From assembly GCA_041651535.1 (NCBI GenBank), contig JBAZIZ010000003.1:83357-147356 (forward strand): 64,000 nt of DNA, written 5' to 3'. The position numbers and the translations under genes are program-made. The notes below the pieces were generated by a model, which was not told where the DNA came from, did not search any database, and saw only the letters and a program-made list of their open reading frames with translations. This document shows positions 10,057 through 19,960 of the stretch, piece by piece (position 1 is the stretch's first letter; each line of letters begins with the position of its first letter). The DNA comes from Patescibacteria group bacterium. Its GTDB lineage: Bacteria > Patescibacteriota > Patescibacteriia > Magasanikbacterales > UBA922.

Positions 10057-11184
10057 TTAAATCTTAATCTTATTGTATTCTTCTAAAGTTTCTCTGGCTA
10101 ATTTTTCACTAGAAAAATATTTTACATGTTCGCGTGATTTTTGCTGTAATTCCATTTGTAAATCTTTATTTTGTACAAAAAATTCTATAACATCCGCAAT
10201 ATTTTGGACAGACAAAGGATCAAAATATAAAGAAGAATCAGCTAAAATTTCTGGCAAAGAACTGGCATTTGAAGATAGAACTGGAATTCCATAAAACATA
10301 GCTTCAAGCGGTGGTAAACCAAAACCTTCATATAAACTTGGGAAAATATAAGCTTCAGAATTTTCATATAAAGTTTGTAATTCTTCATCAGAAACAAAAT
10401 CAGCATAAATAATTCCTTGGCTTTTTATAAAATCTAAATTTTTTAATAAACGATCATAAAAATAATTTTTACGACCTACCAAAAGCAAATAATAATTTTC
10501 CAAATTATTTTTATCTTTAAAAATATTCCAAGCTTTAACAAGATTTTCTAAATTTTTATGTGGATACGCATTGCCCACATAAATAAAATATTTTTTATTA
10601 ACTAAATTTAATTTTTGTAAAATCTCTGGATTACTAACATTTTTTAAAACACAAAACGGCGCTTGATAGATAACTTGTATTTTTTCTGGTTTTATTTTTA
10701 AAAATTTTACAATATCACGACGACTAAAATCACTGGTTGTTAAAATTTTTTCTGCCTGGCGACAAGCACTTTGCAAAACTAAACGATGTATTTTGTCTTT
10801 AATGAAAAAAATTATTTTTGATTTAGTGGTCGCTTCTGGACGAGGAAAATGATACATAATCAAATCATGAATAGTCACAATAAATTTTTTTCGATAAAAA
10901 AAAGGAACATTAAAATGAGTAAAATGCATTAAATCTAATTTTTCTTTATATAAAATTTTTACAAATTTTGTTTGTTCAGCAAAAGAATACCAAGAAATAT
11001 CTGCTAAAACTTTACGAAAATTTTCTGCTTGAGGAATATAAGAATCAAAATTTTCTTTATTCAAAAAAATAACGTAATCATTTTTACTGTCAATTTTTTC
11101 TAAATTTTTTATGAGTTGTTCACTATAACGTCCTAGTCCGGACGAACGTGGACCATACATTCGAGCGTCTATCCCAATTTTCAT
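10057..11184 (-). CDS. Glycosyltransferase family 4 (MtfB-like)
   Basis: MKIGIDAR, TIHDL, HKN, PSLYEGFGLPPLEAM motifs. Confidence 0.93.
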   Translation of the reverse strand: MKIGIDARMYGPRSSGLGRYSEQLIKNLEKIDSKNDYVIFLNKENFDSYIPQAENFRKVLADISWYSFAEQTKFVKILYKEKLDLMHFTHFNVPFFYRKKFIVTIHDLIMYHFPRPEATTKSKIIFFIKDKIHRLVLQSACRQAEKILTTSDFSRRDIVKFLKIKPEKIQVIYQAPFCVLKNVSNPEILQKLNLVNKKYFIYVGNAYPHKNLENLVKAWNIFKDKNNLENYYLLLVGRKNYFYDRLLKNLDFIKSQGIIYADFVSDEELQTLYENSEAYIFPSLYEGFGLPPLEAMFYGIPVLSSNASSLPEILADSSLYFDPLSVQNIADVIEFFVQNKDLQMELQQKSREHVKYFSSEKLARETLEEYNKIKI

Positions 11185-11205
11185 ATTTTTTATTTTAGTA
11201 AAATT

Positions 11206-12351
11206 TTATTCTAAAAAAAGTAAAGTTAAAAAATTTTTAACATGATTTTCATAAGAAAAATTTTGTGATCTTTGGTATGCTTTGTTAATAAATTTTTGAC
11301 GTATTTTTTCATTATCTAACAAATTTTCAATAGCATTTTCCAGTTCATATTCATTATATGGATTAATTAAAATAGTCGTGTCTAAACTAATTTCAGGCAA
11401 AGAAGAATTATTAGTTGTAATTACTGGCACTTGTGAATTCATGGCTTCTAACACTGGCAAACCAAAGCCTTCATAAAAACTAGGATAAACAAATATTTTT
11501 GCTAAATTATACAAAGCTTTTTTATCTTCAGCTGCCACGTAAGAAATATATTTTACCCCTGAAATATTTTTTATCTTTGCAAAAATTTCTTTATTTTTCC
11601 AACCCTTTGCTCCAGCTAAAATTAAATAATATCCTCGTTGAAACAAATTAGTTTTTTTGTAAACATCCAGCAAAAGATTGATATTTTTTCTTGGTTCAAA
11701 AGTTCCTAAAAATAAAATAAAATTTTCCGGCAAATCATATTTTTTTTTCAAAATATTTTTTGTCTCTTCAGAAAATTCACGAAAAAAAATTTTTGCCAAT
11801 CCCAAATAACTAACAGAAATTTTCTTTTCTGAAATTTTGTAAATATCCATCACATCCCTTTTGGTATTTTCCGAAGGACAAATTATTTTTTCTGCTTGCT
11901 GACAAACTTTTTTTGGTTTTAATAATTTATGCCACAAACGTCTTTTTAGACAAAAAAAATGTGACATGAATTCAAAAGACAAATCATGAACAGTTAAAAT
12001 ATATTTAACATTCTTAGAAAAATTTACAAAATTTAAATTTGGTAAAAAAAACCAATCAATTTTTATGTTTTTATTTTTAATTCCTGACAAAACAAATCTA
12101 TCAAATTTGAGCAAATGACAGAAAAAAAGAAAATTCAAAATTTTATTTGGCCAATTTTTTCGTACAAAATGAACATTTGGTTTAGCCCATTCTTTTTTAA
12201 AAATATTTTCACGATGAAAATCATTATAAAAAAGCCAATATTCATTTTTTTGATCGATCTCCAGACAAGTATTTAAAAATTCTTCAGTATATTCACCAAT
12301 TCCTGTTTTTTGTTTTTGATTTAAATTTCTCAGATCAATAACAATATTCAT
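11206..12351 (-). CDS. Glycosyltransferase family 4 (MtfB-like)
   Basis: TVHDL, EPRKN, PSFYEGFGLPVLEAM motifs. Confidence 0.93.
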   Translation of the reverse strand: MNIVIDLRNLNQKQKTGIGEYTEEFLNTCLEIDQKNEYWLFYNDFHRENIFKKEWAKPNVHFVRKNWPNKILNFLFFCHLLKFDRFVLSGIKNKNIKIDWFFLPNLNFVNFSKNVKYILTVHDLSFEFMSHFFCLKRRLWHKLLKPKKVCQQAEKIICPSENTKRDVMDIYKISEKKISVSYLGLAKIFFREFSEETKNILKKKYDLPENFILFLGTFEPRKNINLLLDVYKKTNLFQRGYYLILAGAKGWKNKEIFAKIKNISGVKYISYVAAEDKKALYNLAKIFVYPSFYEGFGLPVLEAMNSQVPVITTNNSSLPEISLDTTILINPYNEYELENAIENLLDNEKIRQKFINKAYQRSQNFSYENHVKNFLTLLFLE

Positions 12352-12362
12352 AATTCATTAAA

Positions 12363-13487
12363 TTATCTAAAATCCATCCGGCATTGATTTAATTTTTGTT
12401 TAAATATGGAAAATTTTTCTTCCACATATTTTTTTATTTTTTCTTTAAAAAATTCTTCACTAAATTTTAAAGCATAATTTCTAATTTCTTGCGGATTGTA
12501 TTTTTTATCATCAAAATTAAGCACTTTATCAAATAAAGATTCCCAGTTTTGTTGATAAAAAAATTCTCCAGTTTTTCCTGCAATTACAGTTTCTGTTGCT
12601 CCACCTTCTCCAAAAGCGATAACAGGACGACCACAAGCCATTGATTCTATTGGAGTAATTCCCAAATCTTCCACTTGCGGATGAATAAAAGCTTTGGCTT
12701 CACTCATAAGTTTTGCTTTTTCTTTATCATCAATTTTTCCTAAAAATTCAATATTATCTTTTGCAATTTTTTTTAATTTTTTTAATTCTGGGCCATCACC
12801 AAAAATTTTTAAAGGTAGACCCAAGCGATTGAAAGCTTGGATAAGCAAATCAAATCTTTTATAGGGCACAAGTCGGCCACCGCTCACAAAATAATCTTTT
12901 ATTTTTTCACTAATATAAAAATTTTCAGTTTTAACTGGTGGATAAATAATATCACTTTCACGGCGATAATATTTTTCAATACGATCTCTAACTGTATTAG
13001 AATTAGCAATAAAAAAATCAACTCGATCAATACTCATTTTATCCCAAATTCTAAGTTTGTGAATCAAACGAGGTAAAAAAGATTTTACAAATTTATTATA
13101 TTTTAAATCCGCTATATATTCATGAGTATCTGTCCATAAATAACGTGTTGGTGTATGGCAATAGCAAATATGCATAGTTTCTGGCTGAGTCAAAATTCCT
13201 TTAGAAAAAGCAGAAGTAGAAGAAATAACAATATCAAAATCACGCAAATTATATTTTTCTGTTGCCATAGGCATTAAAGGCAAATACCATTGATATTTAC
13301 TTTTTGAAAAAGGTAAACTAGCTAAAAAAGATTCATGAATTTCAGAATCAGAAAAATTTTTTATTTTTTTCTTATCATGAAATAAAACAAAAATCGGTGC
13401 TTTTGGCCAAATTTTTCGAAAAGAATCAAGCACTTTTTCTGCTCCGCCATCTTGTGATAAATAATCGTGTACTAAAGCTATTTTCAT
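12363..13487 (-). CDS. Glycosyltransferase family 4 (WbaZ-like)
   Basis: MKIALVHDYL..GGAE, YCHTP.RY.W, EDLGITPIESMACG motifs. Confidence 0.92.
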   Translation of the reverse strand: MKIALVHDYLSQDGGAEKVLDSFRKIWPKAPIFVLFHDKKKIKNFSDSEIHESFLASLPFSKSKYQWYLPLMPMATEKYNLRDFDIVISSTSAFSKGILTQPETMHICYCHTPTRYLWTDTHEYIADLKYNKFVKSFLPRLIHKLRIWDKMSIDRVDFFIANSNTVRDRIEKYYRRESDIIYPPVKTENFYISEKIKDYFVSGGRLVPYKRFDLLIQAFNRLGLPLKIFGDGPELKKLKKIAKDNIEFLGKIDDKEKAKLMSEAKAFIHPQVEDLGITPIESMACGRPVIAFGEGGATETVIAGKTGEFFYQQNWESLFDKVLNFDDKKYNPQEIRNYALKFSEEFFKEKIKKYVEEKFSIFKQKLNQCRMDFR

Positions 13488-13500
13488 ATTTTTTTATAAC

Positions 13501-14919
13501 TTAAAGCGCTTTTCTTTTTTTAAACAAAACAAAAGGAGTTTTTATAAAAATTATTATATCTAAAAATAAACTCCAATTTTCAATATAAAAAATATCCAAT
13601 TTCATTTCTTCTTCAAAACTCAAATCACTTCGTCCAGAAATTTGTGACAAACCAGTAATTCCTGGTTTTAAAGTAAAAACTTTAGGAAAATTTTCTTTGT
13701 AATTGTCAACTTCGCGTGGTTGATGAGGACGTGGTCCAACTATACTCATCGTACCAAATAAAACATTAAAAAATTGTGGCAATTCATCAATACTTGTACG
13801 ACGAATAAATTTTCCTATTTTAGTAACACGAGGATCGTTTTGTATTTTATAAATTGGCCCGATTTTAGAATTATTTTTTGTAATCAATTCTTCTTCTTTT
13901 TTAAGTGCTTTTTCCCCTTCTTTTCCAAATTGAATTCCGGTTGAATCTTTTTGATACATTGATCTAAATTTTAAAGTGAAAAATTTTTTTTCTCTAATTC
14001 CTACTCTTTCATTTTTATAAATTATCGGTCGGCCAGTTTCAAAAAAAATTAAAACTGCCACCAAAAGCATAAGAGGTGAAGTAATAATTATAATAAAAAT
14101 ACTCATAATAACATCAAAAAATCTCTTTGCAACTCTTCCCCAAGCTTCCAAAGGTGTTTTTTTAATTTCTATTATTGGAACTCCTGCCAAAGGATTCATC
14201 ACAATATTATTTGAATATACTGAAAATAAATCAGCTGAATATTTAAAAACTAAATGATTCAGATTACAAAAATTCAAAGCTCGTAAAAATTGTTTTTCAT
14301 CTTTTTTTGAAGCTGCAAATATAATTTCATTTACTTCCAAAGATAAAATTTCCTTAGTATTTTTTTCATTAAATTCTGTTATTTTTTTGACTACTAAATA
14401 GCCAAGTTCTTTTCTTTTTTCTAAAATTTCACTCATTTTTTTTGTCATCTCATCATCACCGATGATAATCACTTTTCGCAAACCAACACCACTGCGATAT
14501 AAAATACTTTTTAAACCTCGTACAAATAAACGCCCAAAGAAAATATAAATTATTGAAAAAATATAAGTAAATAAAAATAAAAATCTTGAATCAAATAATT
14601 TTCCAGAAAATAAAATATATAAAGCAATAAAAGCCAAACAAACTGACAAAGCAAAAATAATTTTCATTAATTCAGCCGAAAATTTTCTATTTTGATTAAG
14701 AGAATATAAACCAAAAAAAGCAAAAATTAATAAAACTAAAAAAACTACGGGCATTAAAATACTTAAAAAATCAGTTAGAGTTAGTCCAAAAGACACAGAT
14801 TTTATTTTTAAAGCCCATTCGCTAAAACGAAAATAATAAGCTGAAATTCCAGCTAAAACTACCATGACAAAATCTAAAGGAACTTTTAAAATCATTAAAA
14901 AAATCTCAGATCTTTTCAT
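13501..14919 (-). CDS. Polyprenyl glycosylphosphotransferase (WcaJ/CpsE-like priming sugar transferase)
   Basis: N-terminal TMs; [32 protein letters not shown] motifs. Confidence 0.93.
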   Translation of the reverse strand: MKRSEIFLMILKVPLDFVMVVLAGISAYYFRFSEWALKIKSVSFGLTLTDFLSILMPVVFLVLLIFAFFGLYSLNQNRKFSAELMKIIFALSVCLAFIALYILFSGKLFDSRFLFLFTYIFSIIYIFFGRLFVRGLKSILYRSGVGLRKVIIIGDDEMTKKMSEILEKRKELGYLVVKKITEFNEKNTKEILSLEVNEIIFAASKKDEKQFLRALNFCNLNHLVFKYSADLFSVYSNNIVMNPLAGVPIIEIKKTPLEAWGRVAKRFFDVIMSIFIIIITSPLMLLVAVLIFFETGRPIIYKNERVGIREKKFFTLKFRSMYQKDSTGIQFGKEGEKALKKEEELITKNNSKIGPIYKIQNDPRVTKIGKFIRRTSIDELPQFFNVLFGTMSIVGPRPHQPREVDNYKENFPKVFTLKPGITGLSQISGRSDLSFEEEMKLDIFYIENWSLFLDIIIFIKTPFVLFKKRKAL

Positions 14920-15126
14920 AAAAAAATAATAAAATTGTATTTAATTATCTTTATCTTATCTAAAAATGGCTAAAAAGTCAAAGAATTTATGATTTATGAT
15001 TTATCATTTTAGAATTAAATTCAGAAGAAAATTAAAAAATTAAATATAATATATTAAAATAGCTAAAATAAGCTAAAAAATAAAATAAAACTTAATTCTT
15101 AAATCTAAAATCTAGAATTGTTTAAG

Positions 15127-15155
15127 TTGACAAAATAGCTAAAATATGCTATATT
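15127..15155 (+). promoter_or_regulatory. Sigma70-type promoter of rnpB
   Basis: TTGACA, 17-bp spacer, TG-c-TATATT just upstream of the RNA. Confidence 0.7.
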
Positions 15156-15161
15156 TTTATA

Positions 15162-15590
15162 GTCCTGTTCATTACAAGATAATCGCTCCAGTATTTACTG
15201 GTGAGGAAAGTCCGAACTTCAACCGTTTTAACGGAAAAATAGTGGCTAATGACCACCTAGAGAAATCTACGGGAAAGTGCCACAGAGACAATACTATCCC
15301 GACCAAGTCGGGAGAAAGGTGAAAAGTAAACAGGTGTTTAAAATAAAATTTACCGACAGCAGAGTCTGCAGACTCGGTTAAATAAATTTTTTGCTACTGT
15401 TTTCATTCTATGGTGACATAGAAACGTGGTAAACCCTATTTGAAGCAAGAACAGCGTTTTTCTCGACGTTAAGTCGAGATTTTCGAAAAGATAGTTCGCT
15501 AAAATTTAATAGCAATATTAAATTAAGATAAATGATTATCATTCCGATTTAGTCGGAATCACAAAATTCGGCTTATGAAATGAACGGGAT
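15162..15590 (+). ncRNA. rnpB: RNase P RNA
   Basis: GAGGAAAGTCC, GAAAGTGCCACAGA, GGTAAACCC, GCAAG and ACAAAATTCGGCTTAT conserved regions; P1 GTCCTGTTCATT/AATGAACGGGAT; terminator follows. Confidence 0.96.
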
Positions 15591-15594
15591 AATA

Positions 15595-15630
15595 AAAGAC
15601 AGACTGATGAAAGTCTGTTTTTTGTTTTTT
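15595..15630. terminator. Terminator between rnpB and the convergent permease gene
   Basis: ACAGACT/AGTCTGT stem with T-run. Confidence 0.65.
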
Positions 15631-15637
15631 AAATAAA

Positions 15638-16606
15638 TTATTTTACAAAAATATTAAATAAATAGCCAATTATAATAATATTTATAGTAGTAATACCAAA
15701 AAAATAAACTAATAATTTAATTTTCATCACCCGTTTCAAAATCAAGGCTTCAGGCAAAGATAAACCTACTGTAGCCATCATAAAAGCCATTGCGGTGCCA
15801 ATTGGAATTCCTTTTTCTACAAGCGATTCTATAATAGGAATAACACCTACAATATTGGCATATAACGGTACAGCTAAAATTGTCGCAATTGGCACGGCAA
15901 AAAAATTTTTACTTGTAATATAATGTTCAAAAAAACCAACAGGGACAAAGCTATGAATTATCGCGCCGGCACCAATACCAATAAATACATACCAAATAAT
16001 TTTTTTAGTAAAAACCCAACTTTCTTGCCAAAATATTTTTAATAATTTTTGCCAAGTTTCTTTTTTCTGTTCTATTTTTATTTTTCTACTTTTAATTTGC
16101 CAAACATAATCGGCCACATATTTTTCCAATTTTAAATTTCCAATAATAAATCCCCCAACTACACCAAGCAAAATAGCTGAAATAACATAAAAAATTGTTA
16201 TTTTCCAACCAAACAGTCCAGCAAACAAGACCACCGCCATTTGATTTACAAGTGGTGAAGTGATAAGAAATGACATTGTAACTCCGAGTGGTATTCCAGC
16301 TTCAAGAAATCCTATAAATAAAGGTATTGAGGAACAGGAACAAAAAGGTGTAATGGTCCCAAAAAAAGAACCCAAAAAATAATCAAAACCAAACCATTTT
16401 CTAGAAGCTAAAAAATTCCGTAATTTTTCTACTGGTAAATAATAGCGAACAATTGCCATAAAAAAATTTATTACCAAAAGCAAAATTATAATTTTTAGAG
16501 AATCATAAATAAAAAAATTTATTGCTAAACCTAAATGATTCGTTGGTAAAATTTTGAAAATATCATAAACTAGATAATCGGCCAATAATTGTAATGGGTA
16601 GAACAT
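15638..16606 (-). CDS. ArsP/DUF318 family permease
   Basis: TPFCSCSSIP and LSLPE motifs, multi-TM; ATG at 16606 preferred over the track start. Confidence 0.88.
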   Translation of the reverse strand: MFYPLQLLADYLVYDIFKILPTNHLGLAINFFIYDSLKIIILLLVINFFMAIVRYYLPVEKLRNFLASRKWFGFDYFLGSFFGTITPFCSCSSIPLFIGFLEAGIPLGVTMSFLITSPLVNQMAVVLFAGLFGWKITIFYVISAILLGVVGGFIIGNLKLEKYVADYVWQIKSRKIKIEQKKETWQKLLKIFWQESWVFTKKIIWYVFIGIGAGAIIHSFVPVGFFEHYITSKNFFAVPIATILAVPLYANIVGVIPIIESLVEKGIPIGTAMAFMMATVGLSLPEALILKRVMKIKLLVYFFGITTINIIIIGYLFNIFVK

Positions 16607-16617
16607 ATTTTTATCTA

Positions 16618-16920
16618 TTAACAATGATCACAACCACAGCAACCACAACCACCGTTTTTAGTTTCTAATTCTTTTTCTTCCAAGTCTTGACCTTGCAAAA
16701 TTTCTTTTATTTCTTTTATTTCTCCGACTTTTCCACTAAAAAATAATTTTTCATCAATAACTAAAGCGGGCATCGACATAACATCGTATTTCATAATTTC
16801 AACAATGTCGGTTATTTTTTCCACATTTGCTTTAAGATCTAATTCCTCTAGAGCTTTTTTGACATTGTTTTCTAGTTTTTGACAATTTTGGCAACCGGAT
16901 CCTAAAATTTTTATATTCAT
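16618..16920 (-). CDS. Small redox-active disulfide protein (Thioredoxin_3) with Cys-rich tail
   Basis: IKILGSGCQNC, MSMPAL; C-terminal GCGCCGCDHC. Confidence 0.88.
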   Translation of the reverse strand: MNIKILGSGCQNCQKLENNVKKALEELDLKANVEKITDIVEIMKYDVMSMPALVIDEKLFFSGKVGEIKEIKEILQGQDLEEKELETKNGGCGCCGCDHC

Positions 16921-16925
16921 ATTTT

Positions 16926-17198
16926 TTATTTTAAAAATAAATTTAAATTAATTAATTGTTTTTTTAATTCTTTTTTATCTAATTTATAAAAAACTCTCAA
17001 ACCTTTTTTAGTTGAAATCAATAATCCTATTTTTTTTAATAGACTTAAATGATGTGAAACTAAATTTTGTGGTAAATTTAAAAAAGGCCAAATTTCACAG
17101 ACACACTTTGGCCCGTCTTTTAAAAAATAAATAATTTTTAGACGATTTTCTTCACTAATAATTTTTAAAAAATTATTTATTTCTTTTTCTTTGTTCAT
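16926..17198 (-). CDS. ArsR/SmtB family transcriptional repressor
   Basis: NRLKI, CVCEI metal motif, VSHHL HTH. Confidence 0.92.
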   Translation of the reverse strand: MNKEKEINNFLKIISEENRLKIIYFLKDGPKCVCEIWPFLNLPQNLVSHHLSLLKKIGLLISTKKGLRVFYKLDKKELKKQLINLNLFLK

Positions 17199-17214
17199 AT
17201 TTTTTTAAAAAAGT

Positions 17215-17234
17215 ATATCAATTATAATTGATAT
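17215..17234. promoter_or_regulatory. Probable ArsR operator
   Basis: Perfect 20-bp palindrome ATATCAATTATAATTGATAT, 16 bp upstream of the arsR start and abutting a TATAAT -10. Confidence 0.7.
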
Positions 17235-17379
17235 TATAGATTAAATATAAAAATTAGACAAATAAATTTATCCACAAAAATACTACAAAAAAAACCGTCC
17301 TAAAATTAGAACGGCACAAATTAAAGCATATAAAAGTCAATAAAAAAATAACCTTTTCCAGATTATTTTTAATTTTACA

Positions 17380-17431
17380 TTTTTTAATTCCTGCCTACCG
17401 GCAGGCAGGTTGAATTTTGAATTTTGAATTT
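17380..17431. repeat. GC-rich palindrome CCTGCCTACCGGCAGGCAGG (copy 2) plus (TGAATTT)x3
   Basis: Identical 20-mer to 4863-4882; flanks are the reverse complement of copy 1 flanks. Confidence 0.85.
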
Positions 17432-17436
17432 ATTTG

Positions 17437-17520
17437 TGCCCAAGAGAGGATTCGAACCTCCACGACCTTGCGATCGCTACCACCTCAAGGTAGTGCGTCT
17501 ACCAATTCCGCCACCTGGGC
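17437..17520 (-). tRNA. tRNA-Leu(GAG), CCA not encoded
   Basis: Cloverleaf GCCCAGG...CTTGGGC-A, anticodon arm CTACC-TTGAGGT-GGTAG, long variable arm, GGTTCGAATCC. Confidence 0.96.
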
Positions 17521-17521
17521 T

Positions 17522-18283
17522 TTAAAATTTACGTTCTTTACCGACTATCATATCAATTCTACTTTTTGCTAATTTTATAGTAATTTTTACTTCTTTTGAA
17601 GTTTTACCATCAGTTTCAACCACAAAAGGATTTTTACTAGAAACAATCATTTCTTCGAAAGGAAAAATACTTGGCATTTCAAAAATTTCTTTTCTAAATA
17701 AACCTCCTCTTACAACTGGGCGCAAAAAAGCTTCTAATTTCCCATCTTGTGGATGAATCACATATTTTTGTCCTTTACCATCAAAAACAAAAGGTTGTAA
17801 ATTACAAACGACTAATTCCATTTTTTTACTTTTACTTCTGACTCTAAAACTTTCATCATATTCTATTTCAATATCACTTGCTGGAATATGCAAACTGGAA
17901 ATAAAATATCTATTATTTACCCAACCAATATCTAATTTGATTTTTCTTCTTTTTGCCAAAACATCACATGCATCCACACCAACTGGAATTCCCAAAACTT
18001 CAGAAATATTATTATTTGCTCCTATAGGTAAAAAACCAAAGGTTATTTTACAAGAAGCAGCTCGAGACAAAACTTGACCAAAAGTTTCATCGTTGCCAAC
18101 TATCACAATATTTTTTGCACCTTTTCTAATTTCGTCTTCAACTAAAATTTCTGGATTACTATAATTTTGTAATCTAATTATTTTTCCAGCTATACCAAAA
18201 TCAGTCAATCTGGTTTCCATTGCTTTTAAGACTGATTCGTATCTTTTGTGTTTTAAGAAATTGTCGTAAAAATAAACATACAT
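17522..18283 (-). CDS. Diacylglycerol kinase-like family protein
   Basis: VGNDET (divergent GGDGT), LPIG.NN, LDIG.VN.RYF, DGKLE, TDG motifs; ATG at 18283 preferred. Confidence 0.75.
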   Translation of the reverse strand: MYVYFYDNFLKHKRYESVLKAMETRLTDFGIAGKIIRLQNYSNPEILVEDEIRKGAKNIVIVGNDETFGQVLSRAASCKITFGFLPIGANNNISEVLGIPVGVDACDVLAKRRKIKLDIGWVNNRYFISSLHIPASDIEIEYDESFRVRSKSKKMELVVCNLQPFVFDGKGQKYVIHPQDGKLEAFLRPVVRGGLFRKEIFEMPSIFPFEEMIVSSKNPFVVETDGKTSKEVKITIKLAKSRIDMIVGKERKF

Positions 18284-18328
18284 AACGGCCAAAAATAAAA
18301 TTGAAATGAAATGCGTCGATCCCAAATT

Positions 18329-18796
18329 TTATTCTTCTTCGCCGCCTAGTTTGATTTTTGTTCTAACCATTGGTCTTTTTTTGTCAGTTTTTACACTTTC
18401 AATTTCTACATTACCCATATTTATTTTTCCTTGGATAAGAGCTCCAGCAGAAACAACCAATATTTTACAATTTATATCACCTAAAATTTTTGAAGTTTCA
18501 GTAAGTTCTAACTTTTGAGCAACTCGTACATTTCCTTTTACTTCTCCAGAAATAAGTGCGTCACCTGCTTTAACATTGGCTAAAATTTTAGCACCAGATT
18601 CTACTGTCAAAAGTCTGCCAGTTTGGACATTTCCAGAAACTGTACCTTTTACCAAAATATTTCCTTCTGAAGAAAAATCTCCTTCCACGACCACGGATGG
18701 TCCAACCACTGTTTCCACTTCGTCAATCATGGTTTCTTCGTGTTTTTTTTCTAAAACAGAATTTTCCATATGTTCATCGATATTAGATTTAAACAT
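18329..18796 (-). CDS. Bactofilin (polymer-forming cytoskeletal protein, CcmA family)
   Basis: TVVGPSVVVEGDF...G.V.G.V beta-helix repeats. Confidence 0.92.
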   Translation of the reverse strand: MFKSNIDEHMENSVLEKKHEETMIDEVETVVGPSVVVEGDFSSEGNILVKGTVSGNVQTGRLLTVESGAKILANVKAGDALISGEVKGNVRVAQKLELTETSKILGDINCKILVVSAGALIQGKINMGNVEIESVKTDKKRPMVRTKIKLGGEEE

Positions 18797-18908
18797 AATA
18801 AAAAAATTAAATGATAAATTAATTGTTAATTTATTTTAACTTAAAATTAAAAAAAAAGCAAACCAAATAAATATAAAGTAAAAATATAAAAACAAAAACA
18901 AAAGGCGC

Positions 18909-19106
18909 TCAGAAGCGCCTCGAAATAGGATAAGGAAAAGACCACCGCCTTTTCCTGATTTTCTCCTCCACAAAAACTGGCGGAGAAAAGACAAAATTTG
19001 GAAAAACTCTTTTATTTTTTCTTTTTTCTAAAATTGTTTCCAGTCTGTCCGCCATAAATAAAATAACGGAACAAAAAATGATAAAAGCAAAAAGATTTTC
19101 AAACAT
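18909..19106 (-). CDS. Small single-TM hypothetical protein, 65 aa
   Basis: SD AGGAG upstream, TTGACT promoter-like element, hydrophobic N-terminus, basic C-terminus, hairpin AGGCGCT/AGCGCCT over the stop. Confidence 0.6.
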   Translation of the reverse strand: MFENLFAFIIFCSVILFMADRLETILEKRKNKRVFPNFVFSPPVFVEEKIRKRRWSFPYPISRRF

Positions 19107-19218
19107 CTTTCTCTCCTAAAAAAAATTATTAAAAAACTAAATTTAAACTATCATAACTATTTTAAAAAGTCAAAACAAAAAACCCGCTTATATACGGATT
19201 TTTTTATTTTATTTTTAT

Positions 19219-19827
19219 TTATTCTTTAATTCCATCTAAATTTACATCGTAAAGCATTTTTTCATTGACTAATTTATAACTCATAATTTCATCTTCTTTG
19301 AACCAAACTTTTATTTCTCTTTCAGCTTCACTTGGTTTATCAGAACAATGAATTAAATTTCTAACAGCACGTCCATCCATATTTGCTAATTCATAAGAAT
19401 CAAGAGTTAAATCACCACGAATTGTACCTACATCAGAACTAAGAGGTTCTGTTCCACCAACAATTTTTTTGATAATACCGACAGCTTGATTTCCTTCCCA
19501 AATCATCATCAAAAGTGGGCAACAAGTCAAAAAAGAAACATTACCACGTAAAATATCTCGTCCATATTCTAAAGCAGATTTTTCTATTGGTAATCCTGCT
19601 TTTGTTCTATTACTAACAGTAATTTGTCCTTTTTCTTCACACCAACGATCATCTTTATTATAATGACGCAAACATTGATCTTCTGTTGCTAAAGATAATT
19701 TCATAGCAATTAATTTTAAACCTGTTCTTTCAAGACGACCGATTATTTCACCAATCAAACTTCTTTGAATTCCATCTGGTTTGATGATAACAAAACTTTT
19801 TTCTTTTGTAGCTGTATTTAAGCCCAT
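19219..19827 (-). CDS. ndk: Nucleoside diphosphate kinase
   Basis: IKPDG, GTIRGD, NLIHCSD catalytic His. Confidence 0.95.
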   Translation of the reverse strand: MGLNTATKEKSFVIIKPDGIQRSLIGEIIGRLERTGLKLIAMKLSLATEDQCLRHYNKDDRWCEEKGQITVSNRTKAGLPIEKSALEYGRDILRGNVSFLTCCPLLMMIWEGNQAVGIIKKIVGGTEPLSSDVGTIRGDLTLDSYELANMDGRAVRNLIHCSDKPSEAEREIKVWFKEDEIMSYKLVNEKMLYDVNLDGIKE

Positions 19828-19890
19828 ATTTTTAAATTTAAATAAATTATTTGTTTTTATTTTATACTTTTTAATTAGAAAGTCAAGCTA

Positions 19891-19960
19891 TTTTAGAATT
19901 TAAATTCTGGATTTATGATTTATTTTAATTCTAAAATCTTAAATCCAAAATCATAATTCA
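19891..19960. repeat. Inverted pair of 7-bp-period arrays
   Basis: GAATTTA AATTCTG GATTTAT GATTTA followed by AATTCTA AAATCTT AAATCCA AAATCAT AATTCAT. Confidence 0.6.
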
